From: Poseidonia sp.
GTDB taxonomy: Archaea > Thermoplasmatota > Poseidoniia > Poseidoniales > Poseidoniaceae
Assembly: GCA_049600935.1 (NCBI GenBank)
Contig: JBMYQB010000003.1
Location: 9,113 to 73,112, forward strand
Length of the DNA: 64,000 bases
Direction: 5' to 3'
A program made the translations under genes and the position numbers. The notes under the pieces are model-generated. The model did not search any database and was not told where the DNA came from. It saw only the letters and a list, made by a program, of their open reading frames with translations. Shown piece by piece: positions 1-9,903 of this stretch (the stretch's first letter is position 1; every line of letters begins with the position of its first letter).

Positions 1-23
1 AGTGTCAAATGGAGTCGCCTCAC

Positions 24-761
24 ATGCCGAACATCATCGTCCTCGTCAAGCAAGTTCCAGACACCAACGCCAAGATTGTCGTCAGCGGCGACCGAGTTGA
101 CCTCTCTTCGGTCAAAATGGTCATGAGCCCCTACGATGAGTTTGCCGTTGAAACAGCACTCAAGCATCGTGAAGCCGCTGGTGGTGAAGTCACGGCCTTG
201 ACGGTGGGCGGCGCAGGTGCTGAGAAGATCCTGAAGGACGCCAAAGCCATCGGCGTGGACCACATCGTACGCATTGATGCTGAAGGTGAGATGGACTCAA
301 ATGCATTGCAATCCATGATTGCTCAAGCCGTTAGCGAACTCAACGGCGAAGTGGTTTACTGCGGCAAATCCGCTGCCGACACGGGTGCTGGCTCGACCGG
401 CCCCGGGGTGGCAGAGCGAATGGGTTGGGCTTCGGTGTCCAACATCATCGGTGCAGCCTTCGACGGCGGATTGTCCGTCACCATGCCAAGCGGTGGTGGG
501 AATGCTAAGGTGAGCGTTCCGCTTCCTGCCGTCGTGTCGTGCGACAAAGGCGATTTCAAGGTCAGAAAGCCCAACGTCAAGGGCATCATGCAAGCAAAGA
601 AAGCCAGCGTTGATGTTCGTTCTATAGAGGCTCCTTCTTCCACAGTTTCCATTCTCTCCCACTCGCTCCCACCCGCCAAGCCCGCAGGAAAGAGCTACGA
701 GGGAGGAGCGGCGGCAGCCGAAGTCGCACAGTTGCTTCGAGACGAAGCCAACATCCTATGA
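24..761 (+). CDS. etfB: Electron transfer flavoprotein beta subunit
   Basis: IIVLVKQVPDT, SPYDEFAVETAL, CGKSAAD motifs; directly upstream of etfA. Start could be 9 or 24 (GGAG precedes 24). Confidence 0.93.
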   Translation: MPNIIVLVKQVPDTNAKIVVSGDRVDLSSVKMVMSPYDEFAVETALKHREAAGGEVTALTVGGAGAEKILKDAKAIGVDHIVRIDAEGEMDSNALQSMIAQAVSELNGEVVYCGKSAADTGAGSTGPGVAERMGWASVSNIIGAAFDGGLSVTMPSGGGNAKVSVPLPAVVSCDKGDFKVRKPNVKGIMQAKKASVDVRSIEAPSSTVSILSHSLPPAKPAGKSYEGGAAAAEVAQLLRDEANIL

Positions 762-770
762 GGTGAACAC

Positions 771-1697
771 ATGACACAGACCATCGTTATCGCAGAAATG
801 AGCAACAACGCCGTCCACCCCAGCACCGCCGAACTGGTCAGTGCTGCACTCACCTTTGGGGGTGAACCAACCCTCGTTGTCCCGTGCACCGATGCTGCAC
901 AGGCCGACGGTGCCGCAGGCATGGGAGCAGGAAACATCATCGCCGCAAAGTCCGCTGCCTTTGCTCACTACGACGCAAGCGGTTGGGCGGCTGCTCTGGA
1001 TGCCGTGATTCCTCACGGCACCATCATCACCGGCGCCAGCCCGCAATCCAAGGACCTCGCCGCTCGCTTGGCTGCACGACGCAGCATCTCGGTGGTACAA
1101 GACGCCATCGCCATCGAAGGCAGCAACATCACGTCCCCGGTTTACAGCGGAAAAGCCATGCAAACCGTCTCAGCCACCGGCCCCGTTGCAATTTCAGTTC
1201 GTTCCAACATCTTCCCGGCTGCTCAAGGTGGCGCCTCGGATGTGGGTGTACTCGACACCGACGGCAACGTTGCAACCTCTGTTCAGGAATTCATGGCTCG
1301 CGCCTCAGCCCGTTTGGATGTCGCTGAAGCCAACATCATCATTTCAGGTGGCCGAGGTATGGGCTCACCCGACAACTTCTCCCACCTGGAAGCCATTGCC
1401 GATACGATCGGTGCCGCCGTCGGTGCTTCTCGTGCCGCTGTCGACACATGGGAAGCCATTCCTCACTCAATGCAGGTTGGTCAGACGGGTAAGACGGTGA
1501 ACCCCAACCTCTACATTGCGGTGGGCATCTCTGGCGCCATTCAGCACCTTGCTGGAATGCGCTCATCAAAATACATCGTGGCCATCAACAAAGACGCCGA
1601 TGCACCCATTTTCCAGCACGCCGACTACGGCATTGTCGCTACCTGGGAAGACGCTCTTCCTGTCCTTCATGAAAGCCTCAAAGGCATGATGGGATAA
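771..1697 (+). CDS. etfA: Electron transfer flavoprotein alpha subunit
   Basis: IISGGRGMG, GASRAAVD, QVGQTGKTVNPNLYIAVGISGAIQHLAGM FAD-binding signature; GAGGTGA SD upstream. Confidence 0.96.
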   Translation: MTQTIVIAEMSNNAVHPSTAELVSAALTFGGEPTLVVPCTDAAQADGAAGMGAGNIIAAKSAAFAHYDASGWAAALDAVIPHGTIITGASPQSKDLAARLAARRSISVVQDAIAIEGSNITSPVYSGKAMQTVSATGPVAISVRSNIFPAAQGGASDVGVLDTDGNVATSVQEFMARASARLDVAEANIIISGGRGMGSPDNFSHLEAIADTIGAAVGASRAAVDTWEAIPHSMQVGQTGKTVNPNLYIAVGISGAIQHLAGMRSSKYIVAINKDADAPIFQHADYGIVATWEDALPVLHESLKGMMG

Positions 1698-2510
1698 TCA
1701 AGCGTACTTTCCAAACCCGTAGGTACCGCCTTCACCTGCCGGTTCACCTACAAACGGATTGGTTCGTTTCTCGTGGCCAATGGTGGTTAACGGTCCGTGT
1801 CCGGGATGAACGATGGTGGTTTCATCGAGCGGCCACAATTGGGTGTGAATGGACGTGGCAAGCAGATCGAAGTCGCCTCCTGAGTTTGCAATATCGGTTC
1901 GACCAACGGATCCGGCAAACAGGGTATCACCGACAAAAACATGGTCGGGGCCATCTTCGACTGGAAGAAGCAAGCAACATCCGCCGAGGGTATGACCGGG
2001 CGTGTGGAGCACCTGAAGTTGAATGCTTCCAAAGGCGTACGTTTCCTTGGCGGCCAGCGGTTTATCGGCAACAGCCGGTTCGGGAAGATGAAGGCCATAG
2101 CGGCGGCCCGAGGCCTGGGCGAGTGTTTGGAGGAAGGTATCGTCCGGGTGAAGGTACCAGTCAACATCGTAGTGTTCTCGCAAGATTGGAATAAAGCCGC
2201 TGTGGTCAAAATGCGCATGGGTGTTCACGAGCGCCACCACCCGCCGTTGTGGGAGGTTTTGTTCTTCAGCCATCGCTCTGTTTTCGGGGCCCGTCGTCCA
2301 ATTAGGGCCCGGCCCCTCAAAACGGTCAATCCAGTCAATAAGGCGCTGGGGTTCATCTCCCCCGTCGACGATGATGGTGTCGCCGTTGGCTCGGTCGGTG
2401 ACCACGGAGCACCGCATCTGGAGGGGGCCGACGAAAAAGTGTTCAATCCATGGTTCGGTCAGAGCCATGACCGACTGAGGGCGGACTCCTTCATGAGGTT
2501 GAGCCATCAA
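1698..2510 (-). CDS. MBL-fold metallo-hydrolase (glyoxalase II/YcbL-like)
   Basis: THAHFDH, HTPGHT, GDTLF and PGHG metallo-beta-lactamase motifs. Confidence 0.9.
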   Translation of the reverse strand: MMAQPHEGVRPQSVMALTEPWIEHFFVGPLQMRCSVVTDRANGDTIIVDGGDEPQRLIDWIDRFEGPGPNWTTGPENRAMAEEQNLPQRRVVALVNTHAHFDHSGFIPILREHYDVDWYLHPDDTFLQTLAQASGRRYGLHLPEPAVADKPLAAKETYAFGSIQLQVLHTPGHTLGGCCLLLPVEDGPDHVFVGDTLFAGSVGRTDIANSGGDFDLLATSIHTQLWPLDETTIVHPGHGPLTTIGHEKRTNPFVGEPAGEGGTYGFGKYA

Positions 2511-4116
2511 TCACATGCACCACAAGGGAATCGGTGGTCCACGAGCCTTGGCGGTCAACCACGCGCAATTCAAACCGGTGCCGTCCTACGGGGAGTTTGA
2601 GTTTGAGTTGAGGTGTTTCAGACAATTCTTGCCCCCGCTCGTCGTGCCAGGACCAGCGCGAAATTTGGTCGTGAGGGTCGTATGAGCCACGCCCGTCAAG
2701 CAACACCACGCAGGTACCGTCCTCTTCTGCATGTTGGCGTTGGTCATCACCTGCCACGGCCCTTGGTGCAATCACTTCGTCAACAGACGCTGAAAGCGCA
2801 TCAAGAAGTTCGCCCGTATCTTCCATACTGAGTTCCTCGGTGCTGTTGAGTGCCTCCATCAACCCTTCTTCATCAAGCACGGTCATATCCTCCGAGGAGG
2901 ATGGGTTGGCCGTCCCCATCGCCGCCAACAAGGAAGCAGCAGGGTGTTCGGATGAGGGGGCGGCCCCGTACGAAGCACGTTCTTCTTCCGTAAGATGAGC
3001 CAACACATCCTCACCGTCGTTCTCGTAGAGATCTTCTGCCGTCAATGCTTCAGCAGCACGAGTGGATTGGAACCAGAGAGAAAGCTCGGCAGCATCGGTT
3101 TCGACAAGGGGGCTGTTGAGATCAATGCAGCCAATCGGTTCTGGGTCGGTGTAGTCGTTTTGGTCGTCGCCTGCAAACAACACGAGGTTTCGAGCGGAAT
3201 GGCAGCACAGCATCTGTGCCATGCCCTGATGCTCGACCTTCCACTCCTCGCCATCGGTGAGCCCGTGAATGTAAAACCACGAGCTGGCAATGACGCTTGA
3301 ACGGTGCTCAAAACATGAAAAAATTGGATGCTTGGTGGTGAGGGCCACCTCGGCATGGCCGTTTTCTTGGAGCAGTTGAACCGTGCCATCGTCAAACCCA
3401 AGCACGGCCCCCAGCGTTGCAGGAGAGGAAGTAAGTAAACGCATACGTTGCTCCGAGCGAAGTACCAGTGCCCCGTCCCTCCAGAGTTCAAACTCAATGG
3501 CCTCTTCGTCCCCAGCAACCAGAGCGTGACCTTCTCGGCTGAGGAACATCGCCCCACCTTTCGTCAGCCCGAGGTGGGTAATTCGCTCGCCATGGTCTCC
3601 GCGTTGAGGCCGACGCCATCGAATTGACGCTTCGTCAAGCGAGAGCACCAGGCCGCTCTGCTCTGCGATGAAAATTTCACTGGATGATGCTGCAAAGTGA
3701 AGAAGGTCGCCTAAACCAAATCGTTCAGAGAGGTTGACCGATGGACGTTCAAATTGGTGCAATTGAAGGTGACCCATGCCGCTCAGAACCACCAATTTCA
3801 GACCCATGGCTTGGCATGATTGAACCCCCCCGTCGACGTCTTGGGTTTCGAGAAGTACGCCTTTGTGGTCGTAAAAAAAGAGATGGCCAAGGTCATCACC
3901 GACGACGAGATGGGTGCGATGAAACATCAAGAAACTCACATTGTGGTCGATGGCTACGGTGGCTACCGGCACCAGTCCAGTCCCATCCATTCGGGCGATT
4001 GAGAAGGTGCGATTCTTCTCTGCCCAAGCAAGAAGTTCCTCTCCCTCCTCAAGAGAGAGATGCTGCACCGTGTGTTCTGGCTTGGCCAACGAAAGCACAT
4101 GGTGGGTCAAGACCAT
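2491..4116 (-). CDS. Hypothetical protein: beta-rich (propeller-like) N-terminus, acidic linker, C-terminal PKD/Ig-like domain
   Basis: 541-aa ORF; C-terminal AVAGDDQ...LDGRGSYDPHDQI..WSW...LPVGRHRFELRVVD is a PKD-type pattern. Confidence 0.65.
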   Translation of the reverse strand: MVLTHHVLSLAKPEHTVQHLSLEEGEELLAWAEKNRTFSIARMDGTGLVPVATVAIDHNVSFLMFHRTHLVVGDDLGHLFFYDHKGVLLETQDVDGGVQSCQAMGLKLVVLSGMGHLQLHQFERPSVNLSERFGLGDLLHFAASSSEIFIAEQSGLVLSLDEASIRWRRPQRGDHGERITHLGLTKGGAMFLSREGHALVAGDEEAIEFELWRDGALVLRSEQRMRLLTSSPATLGAVLGFDDGTVQLLQENGHAEVALTTKHPIFSCFEHRSSVIASSWFYIHGLTDGEEWKVEHQGMAQMLCCHSARNLVLFAGDDQNDYTDPEPIGCIDLNSPLVETDAAELSLWFQSTRAAEALTAEDLYENDGEDVLAHLTEEERASYGAAPSSEHPAASLLAAMGTANPSSSEDMTVLDEEGLMEALNSTEELSMEDTGELLDALSASVDEVIAPRAVAGDDQRQHAEEDGTCVVLLDGRGSYDPHDQISRWSWHDERGQELSETPQLKLKLPVGRHRFELRVVDRQGSWTTDSLVVHVIDGSTS

Positions 4117-4170
4117 GTCTGCAGGTTGGAGAAGCAGTTCAAAAGCACTCGCTTCTCGTGTTCCTCTGCA

Positions 4171-5712
4171 TCAGGACGCATCATCGTTGTGCAGGTCGAT
4201 GACGGCATCATCTGCATGGACGCGCCCCTTGGCAGCGTCGTTGCGAGCATCTTCCAGTTTTTGCAAATACCCTGAATCAATATCGCCGGTGATGTATTCG
4301 CCGTTGAAACAACTTGAATCAAACGATGATACGGTAGAGGTGGGTTGTTTGGTGACCTCAATCAAATCTTCGAGGGTCTGGTAAAACAAACGGTCGCTGC
4401 CGATGGTGTCGTTGATCTCCTCAACGGTCCGACCGTTGGCGATGAATTCGTCGACAGCAGGCATGTCAATCCCGTAGACATTTGGATGACGAACGGGGGG
4501 TGCGGCTGATGCGAAGTAGACTTTAGCGGCGCCGACATCCCTTGCCATCTCGATGATTTGCGCGCTCGTGGTGCCCCGAACGATGGAGTCGTCAACGAGA
4601 AGCACATTTTTCCCGCTGAATTCATGCTCAATGGCGTTCAGTTTCCGTCGAACCGACTTTTCTCGCAGGGCTTGGCCGGGCATGATGAACGTGCGGCCAA
4701 CGTAGCGATTTTTCACAAATCCTTCACGATAAGGGAGATTCAAAGCCTTGGCCATCTGCAAGGCGGCAATGCGTCCAGAATCCGGAATTGGAATCACGAC
4801 ATCGATGTCGTGTTCTGGCCAGGATTCAAGCAAACGCTCAGCGAGGCGCTGGCCTTGATTGAGACGCGACTGGTAAACCGACATGCCGTCAATGACCGAA
4901 TCGGGCCGGGCGAAGTAGACGTGTTCGAAGATGCATGGTGAGTAACTCGCTGGAGGTGAGCATTGTCGGGTGAAAAGATGGCCCGATGCACTGATGAAAA
5001 TCGCCTCGCCGGGCGCAATGTCCCTGACAATTTCAAAACCGAGGGCCGTGATGGCCACGCTTTCACTGGCGACGATGTATTCCGTCGTTCCGCTTGCTTC
5101 TCGCTTACCGTAAATCAGTGGCCGAATGCCGTTAGGGTCTCGGAAGGCGAGCAAACCGTAGCCCGAAATGACGGACACACAGGCATAGCCTCCACGAACA
5201 CGCTCGTTGACGGCGGTGATGGCTCCGAAGATGGTTTCGATGTTGATGTGGGGGTCGCCCTTGATTCGAAGCGAAGAAGAGCGTTCACCGAGTTCAACAG
5301 CAAGAGCGTTCAAGAGCAATTCCGAGTCGCTCGTGGTGTTGATATGGCGCATGCATTCGTCTCGGAGATGTACGGCCAGTTCATCGGCGTTGGTGAGGTT
5401 GCCGTTGTGGGCCAAGGCAATACCGTAAGGTGAGTTGACATAGAAGGGTTGAGCCTCTGCTCGAGACGACGACCCTGCCGTGGGGTAGCGAACATGCCCG
5501 ATGCCGACATTGCCCTCAAGGCGAAGCATGTGTCGCTTGAAGAACACATCAGCTACCAAACCGTTGGCTTTGCGGAGACGGAATTGACCCTCGGTATCCG
5601 TCAAGATGCCCGCTGCATCTTGACCACGATGCTGGAGCACGGTAAGGCCGTCATACAACAACTGGTTGACGTGAGCACCTTGCTGACCAACGATGCCAAG
5701 AATGCCGCACAT
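4171..5712 (-). CDS. purF: Amidophosphoribosyltransferase
   Basis: N-terminal [27 protein letters not shown], and PRPP motif [13 protein letters not shown]. Confidence 0.97.
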   Translation of the reverse strand: MCGILGIVGQQGAHVNQLLYDGLTVLQHRGQDAAGILTDTEGQFRLRKANGLVADVFFKRHMLRLEGNVGIGHVRYPTAGSSSRAEAQPFYVNSPYGIALAHNGNLTNADELAVHLRDECMRHINTTSDSELLLNALAVELGERSSSLRIKGDPHINIETIFGAITAVNERVRGGYACVSVISGYGLLAFRDPNGIRPLIYGKREASGTTEYIVASESVAITALGFEIVRDIAPGEAIFISASGHLFTRQCSPPASYSPCIFEHVYFARPDSVIDGMSVYQSRLNQGQRLAERLLESWPEHDIDVVIPIPDSGRIAALQMAKALNLPYREGFVKNRYVGRTFIMPGQALREKSVRRKLNAIEHEFSGKNVLLVDDSIVRGTTSAQIIEMARDVGAAKVYFASAAPPVRHPNVYGIDMPAVDEFIANGRTVEEINDTIGSDRLFYQTLEDLIEVTKQPTSTVSSFDSSCFNGEYITGDIDSGYLQKLEDARNDAAKGRVHADDAVIDLHNDDAS

Positions 5713-5770
5713 GCGTTCGCCTCGTTTGCACTAATCTGAGGTTGCTTCTTATCGTTGCGATGAGAAAAGT

Positions 5771-5950
5771 TCACGCCTTAGGGCGGTGAGTTTTCTTGGA
5801 CCAGTTGTATTTTCGGATCCTTGAGGATTCGCCATAACCACAGGACGAGCAGACCTTTTTCTGCTTGTGATAGGCGTTGCGTCCGCATCGGCGGCATCGA
5901 ATGTGCGTGGTCTTCTGACGCTTACCCATGGACGGTGTACCTTTGGACAT
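5771..5950 (-). CDS. rpl37e: 50S ribosomal protein L37e (59 aa, not in ORF track)
   Basis: Manual translation: [66 protein letters not shown] upstream. Confidence 0.95.
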   Translation of the reverse strand: MSKGTPSMGKRQKTTHIRCRRCGRNAYHKQKKVCSSCGYGESSRIRKYNWSKKTHRPKA

Positions 5951-6019
5951 GCGCTCACCCGAACGACTTGGCCACCGACCACCCCCTTATGAAAGCAACG
6001 GCAGACGTTTTGCAGTGGT

Positions 6020-6487
6020 TCACTCCTCTTCGAATTGAATCCTACGAGGCGGGCTGTTCATCAAACTGGCAAACAGCGTACCTGCAACGACAAGGGTGGC
6101 CAAACCCAGACCGATGATGGTCGTTCCAAACCGTATCAAGTTTGATAGCGCCTGGGCCCGTACCGAGCCGTTGTCTTCCATGAGCAACTCCCCCTGAGAG
6201 AGGAAGAATACGGTTAATCCAGCGCCGAGAAGTACGCTCAGGAACATCCCGACCAACGGCGCAAGTGGACGTTTACGAGCGTCCCCGTACACGAAGAGCG
6301 TGAGTAAAAGAAGGAAAGAAACAAACGTGAACGACGTGAGAAGTGCGTTTGCAAACCGGATCAGCGCACCCTCACTCGCACCGTCCGAAAGCCACCACAC
6401 CAACAACAAGACAACCAAGGCTGGAAGGAGAGCGAAACTTCCCAGACGTGCAAAGGACCTCAGAGGTGATGATTCACTCATCTTCAT
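6020..6487 (-). CDS. Hypothetical membrane protein (about 4 TM)
   Basis: Hydrophobic segments; overlaps the end of the upstream membrane gene. Confidence 0.6.
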   Translation of the reverse strand: MKMSESSPLRSFARLGSFALLPALVVLLLVWWLSDGASEGALIRFANALLTSFTFVSFLLLLTLFVYGDARKRPLAPLVGMFLSVLLGAGLTVFFLSQGELLMEDNGSVRAQALSNLIRFGTTIIGLGLATLVVAGTLFASLMNSPPRRIQFEEE

Positions 6488-7271
6488 GGCCACCCCCTAC
6501 ATGGTTAGCGATGATTGAACTGGCTTGGTCAAGTTGGTCCTGCGTGGGTGGGTCCAAGCGTTTTGGGTGCGGTTGCTGAGTTTCGTAGAACGCCAAAACA
6601 ACGGCAAAAAGCAAGACGGCCAAAGCGGTGCCGACCATTGCTCCAAACATGTCCGCTGCTGCAAGCAAGATTTCCTTAGCGAACTGTTGGTGGTCAACAT
6701 TGGGCCCATCAAGGGATGAACCGAGGAGGAGAAGAACAATGGCAAAGGTAGCGATGAGGACGGCAAGCCGTTGCTCTCGTTGACGTTCCTCACCTACCAG
6801 GCCCACCACAGCGTAGGCCCCCGTTGAACACGCTAACACGCCCAGAAGCATCGTCGGCCAAAAAATGAGCCAGTACTTGTTCACCTCATCCGGATAGGTT
6901 GGCGTGATGGTCCACCAGTGCATGGCCTCGAGCCACAACACCCCCACCAGAACCATGCCAACGCCAACGTTGCGGTCTCGTTGACTCAAACGGCCAACTG
7001 GAACATTTCCAGAAAAGGCGATTTGATAGAGCCCCACAGCCAACAGGACCGAGGGACCCACAAGGCTACCCAGGAGATGGCCGAAGGCACTCGAAGGCGA
7101 AAACGACAGGGTCCATGGCGTGGCCATGAGCGAACCAAAGCCCAGGATGGCCATACCAAGGCCAACTTTACGTTGACCGGATTGCTTCGAAAAAAACGCC
7201 AACATGGCTCCTGTCACAACAAAAAGGCCTGCAAGCCAGAAGAAAACGAAGGCTTGCGTCGCTTCTTCCAT
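6474..7271 (-). CDS. Hypothetical polytopic membrane protein (about 7 TM)
   Basis: Multiple hydrophobic helices; likely start MEEATQ at 7271. Confidence 0.65.
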   Translation of the reverse strand: MEEATQAFVFFWLAGLFVVTGAMLAFFSKQSGQRKVGLGMAILGFGSLMATPWTLSFSPSSAFGHLLGSLVGPSVLLAVGLYQIAFSGNVPVGRLSQRDRNVGVGMVLVGVLWLEAMHWWTITPTYPDEVNKYWLIFWPTMLLGVLACSTGAYAVVGLVGEERQREQRLAVLIATFAIVLLLLGSSLDGPNVDHQQFAKEILLAAADMFGAMVGTALAVLLFAVVLAFYETQQPHPKRLDPPTQDQLDQASSIIANHVGGGHEDE

Positions 7272-7399
7272 GGACGGTGCTGGGCGCAGAGATTTATAGA
7301 GAATCCCACGCATTGAACCGCAGTGGCCCGATTGCCTCAAAACGCATGGCGGAGGGCATAAATACCCCCCCTCTGTGGGCTGAACGCTTAGGTGTTCAC

Positions 7400-7684
7400 A
7401 TGGTGAAGCGACCCCGTCAAGTTATGCGCTACAGCCCGTCTGCTGGCAAGCACACCCTCCACACGGTTGAGCGTGTCAAGAAAAAGCGAGCCTCCGAGCT
7501 CCGATGGGGTCAGCGTCGCTTCCGCCGCGTCATGGCTGGGTACCGTGGTTTCCCACGTCCAAAGCCCGACGGTCGAGAAAAACCAACCAAGCGAGTCAAC
7601 ATTCTCTACCGCTGCACTGAAACCGGTAAAGCTCACTACGCTCCTTGCAAGCGTGCCAAGAAATTCGAACTCATCGACCGCTGA
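7400..7684 (+). CDS. rpl44e: 50S ribosomal protein L44e
   Basis: KHTLHTV, WGQRRFRR..GY.GFPRP, KPTKRV; first gene of the conserved L44e-S27e-aIF2a-Nop10-PAC2 operon. Confidence 0.93.
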   Translation: MVKRPRQVMRYSPSAGKHTLHTVERVKKKRASELRWGQRRFRRVMAGYRGFPRPKPDGREKPTKRVNILYRCTETGKAHYAPCKRAKKFELIDR

Positions 7685-7694
7685 GGTGCATCAC

Positions 7695-7865
7695 ATGACC
7701 AATCATTTTCTCCGAGTAAGTTGCCGCGACTGCGGAAACGAATCGATCATCTTCTCCCGCGCCACCACCGCCATTGCCTGTGGTGTCTGCAGCGCCACCT
7801 TGACCAAGCCGGCTGGCGGTAAGGCGGATCTTGTCGGATGCACCGTTGTTGAAGCATTGAATTGA
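7695..7865 (+). CDS. rps27e: 30S ribosomal protein S27e
   Basis: FLRVSCRDCGNE.IIFSRA....CGVC..L..PAGGKA zinc ribbon; GAGGTG SD. Confidence 0.93.
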   Translation: MTNHFLRVSCRDCGNESIIFSRATTAIACGVCSATLTKPAGGKADLVGCTVVEALN

Positions 7866-7880
7866 GGAGGCTGAGCCTCC

Positions 7881-8669
7881 ATGTCAACTCAAGACGGCGC
7901 CACCCCAGAAGAAGGCGAATTGGTGGTTGCCACCATCACAAATGTCAAACAAAACGGTGCCTATGTTGACCTGGATGAATACCAGGGCATCGAGGGTTTC
8001 ATTTTCATTGGCGAAATCGCCTCAGGCTGGGTCAAAAACATTCGAGGTTTCGTCCGTGAAGGGCAGCGTGTCATCTGTAAAGTGATGCGAACTCGCCGGG
8101 ACGGAACATCGCTCGAACTGTCCTTGAAATCGGTCTCAGAGGAACGCCGTCGAGACCGCCTACAAGAGTGGAAGAACGAACAGCGTGCCCAACAACTGCT
8201 CAAAGTTCTCGGAGAAAAGGTTGGCTGGAGTGAGGAAGAGGTTGCTGAACAAGCCCACGAACTGGCCGAAGCCTTTGGTGGACTGTACACTGCGTTTGAA
8301 GAAGCCGCCATGCAAGAAGATGCCCTGCAAAACGCAGGCTTTGAGGGTGATTGGCTGGCTGCCTTCATCGAAATCGCCGTTGAAAACATCATTCCCCCCT
8401 TCGTTGAAGTACGAGGGACGTTGACGTTGTCCATCAACGTCACCGACGGTGTATCCGTCATTCGTTCAGCGCTTGAAGCCGCAGAGGCTCTGTCGAACGA
8501 AACCGAAGAGATCGATGTCAAATGCTTCTATGACGGCGCACCATCCTACCGAATTGAACTTCGTGCTCCCGATTTCAAGGTCGCAGAGACGATGTGGGAA
8601 GAAGCGACTCAGGCCGTGGTGAACCACATGACGGCAGCAGGCGGCGAAGCGACCGCAGAACGAGAGTGA
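7881..8669 (+). CDS. eif2a: Translation initiation factor aIF2 alpha subunit
   Basis: PEEGELVVAT S1 domain, GAYVDLDEY, EIASGWVKNIR, GAPSYRI; operon context. Confidence 0.95.
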   Translation: MSTQDGATPEEGELVVATITNVKQNGAYVDLDEYQGIEGFIFIGEIASGWVKNIRGFVREGQRVICKVMRTRRDGTSLELSLKSVSEERRRDRLQEWKNEQRAQQLLKVLGEKVGWSEEEVAEQAHELAEAFGGLYTAFEEAAMQEDALQNAGFEGDWLAAFIEIAVENIIPPFVEVRGTLTLSINVTDGVSVIRSALEAAEALSNETEEIDVKCFYDGAPSYRIELRAPDFKVAETMWEEATQAVVNHMTAAGGEATAERE

Positions 8670-8673
8670 GTTC

Positions 8674-8913
8674 ATGGCCAAGCAACGAATGCAGCAGTGC
8701 CTGACATGCGGCGCGTTTTCGCTCAAAACAACCTGTCCAGCCTGTGGTGAACGGGCACAAGCAGCCGCTCCTCTCAAGTGGTCACCGGAAGACCACAGAG
8801 CCGCCCTTCGGAGAAAAATGAACGGTGTTGAAGATGCTGAATGGGCCGCCAACCTCGCCACGCTCCCTCACCTTGACAAATTGAAGGCTGAACTGAACGC
8901 TGAGGAAGAGTGA
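8674..8913 (+). CDS. nop10: H/ACA RNP protein Nop10
   Basis: CLTCGAFSLKTTCPACG...PLKWSPED; follows aIF2a as in other archaea. Confidence 0.88.
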   Translation: MAKQRMQQCLTCGAFSLKTTCPACGERAQAAAPLKWSPEDHRAALRRKMNGVEDAEWAANLATLPHLDKLKAELNAEEE

Positions 8914-9002
8914 CCGACGCTCACCAAAGCATCACAAAACGACCCCATCATCACGTTGGGAATGTCAAACATTATAGCGCGTGTTGACGGGTTTGGCGTT
9001 TC

Positions 9003-9758
9003 ATGACCATGCGTGTTGAGTGGAGAAACGGCCATACCTCATTCCCTTCCCAAGCCACGGTCTTGGTCGCCTTCCCAGGGGTAGGTAACATTGGCAAAGT
9101 CGCTGTGGACTCCGTCAGTGAACTTCATGATTCCATTGAAATCGCACGCCTGCACCCCGTAGGCCTTCCTCCTCACGCCCATCTTGATGAAGATGGATTG
9201 CTCGCCCCACCTCACCTCTCCCTTCGGCAGATTCAGACCTCGAAAGGGGCACCACTCATCACACTGACCGGCAAGACGCAACCCACTGAGCCGAGCCAAC
9301 AATCAGCGCTGGCCACCGAATTGATGACCTTCCTTGAAGGCCAAAAGACCTCGACCGTTTTGGTGCTGGCTGGGATGTTTGACAAGCCAGAGAACAAAGA
9401 GACCTTTGCGGTCGCCAGTTCTTCATCCTTCAGGATTGACATGGAAGCCATGGGTGTGGACGTTCGCCGAGATCAGCCACGTTCTGGAGCCATCGGCCTG
9501 CCTGCCCTTCTGGCTTCGATGGGGCCGCTGTACAACATCAACTCTGCATGCGTCATCTCAACCACGGTCGGAAGCAGTGGCGACATCATGGGGTCGCAAC
9601 GCATCATCGAACATCTCGAGCGATGGTTTGGCTATGGCTTGACCGTGCCCACCAACGGCGGCGATTGGCTCCGAGAGCGTCTTGAGGCGATGGCCCCTTC
9701 TGAAAAAGACGACCTCGTGAAGGAGATGACCGCCTCTCATGATGCGTTCTATATGTGA
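9003..9758 (+). CDS. PAC2-family proteasome assembly chaperone
   Basis: AFPGVGNIGKVAVD N-terminal motif; conserved position after nop10; C-terminal FYM resembles an HbYX motif. Confidence 0.82.
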   Translation: MTMRVEWRNGHTSFPSQATVLVAFPGVGNIGKVAVDSVSELHDSIEIARLHPVGLPPHAHLDEDGLLAPPHLSLRQIQTSKGAPLITLTGKTQPTEPSQQSALATELMTFLEGQKTSTVLVLAGMFDKPENKETFAVASSSSFRIDMEAMGVDVRRDQPRSGAIGLPALLASMGPLYNINSACVISTTVGSSGDIMGSQRIIEHLERWFGYGLTVPTNGGDWLRERLEAMAPSEKDDLVKEMTASHDAFYM

Positions 9759-9765
9759 TTGAGAG

Positions 9766-9848
9766 CGCCGAGAGAGGGATTTGAACCCCCGCGTCCAAGG
9801 GACAGTGGATTTCGAATCCACCGCAATACCGGGCTATGCGACCTCGGC
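9766..9848 (-). tRNA. tRNA-Ser (anticodon CGA), long variable arm, no encoded CCA
   Basis: Reverse complement GCCGAGGTCGCATAGCCCGGTATTGCGGTGGATTCGAAATCCACTGTCCCTTGGACGCGGGGGTTCAAATCCCTCTCTCGGCG folds into a cloverleaf; anticodon stem GTGGA/TCCAC with loop TTCGAAA. Confidence 0.95.
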
Positions 9849-9903
9849 TCCAGCCCTCGGCTCTTGCGCCACCGTCATAAGCATGATGTTCGGTCGGGAT
9901 GTC

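Noticed and set aside
9766..9848. tRNA-Ser as integration site of a mobile element
   Set aside because: No integrase, no duplicated tRNA 3' end seen, and core genes on both sides.
9781..9903. N-terminal extension of the 107-aa SAMP ORF
   Set aside because: It runs antisense through tRNA-Ser; the beta-grasp sequence starts near 9904.
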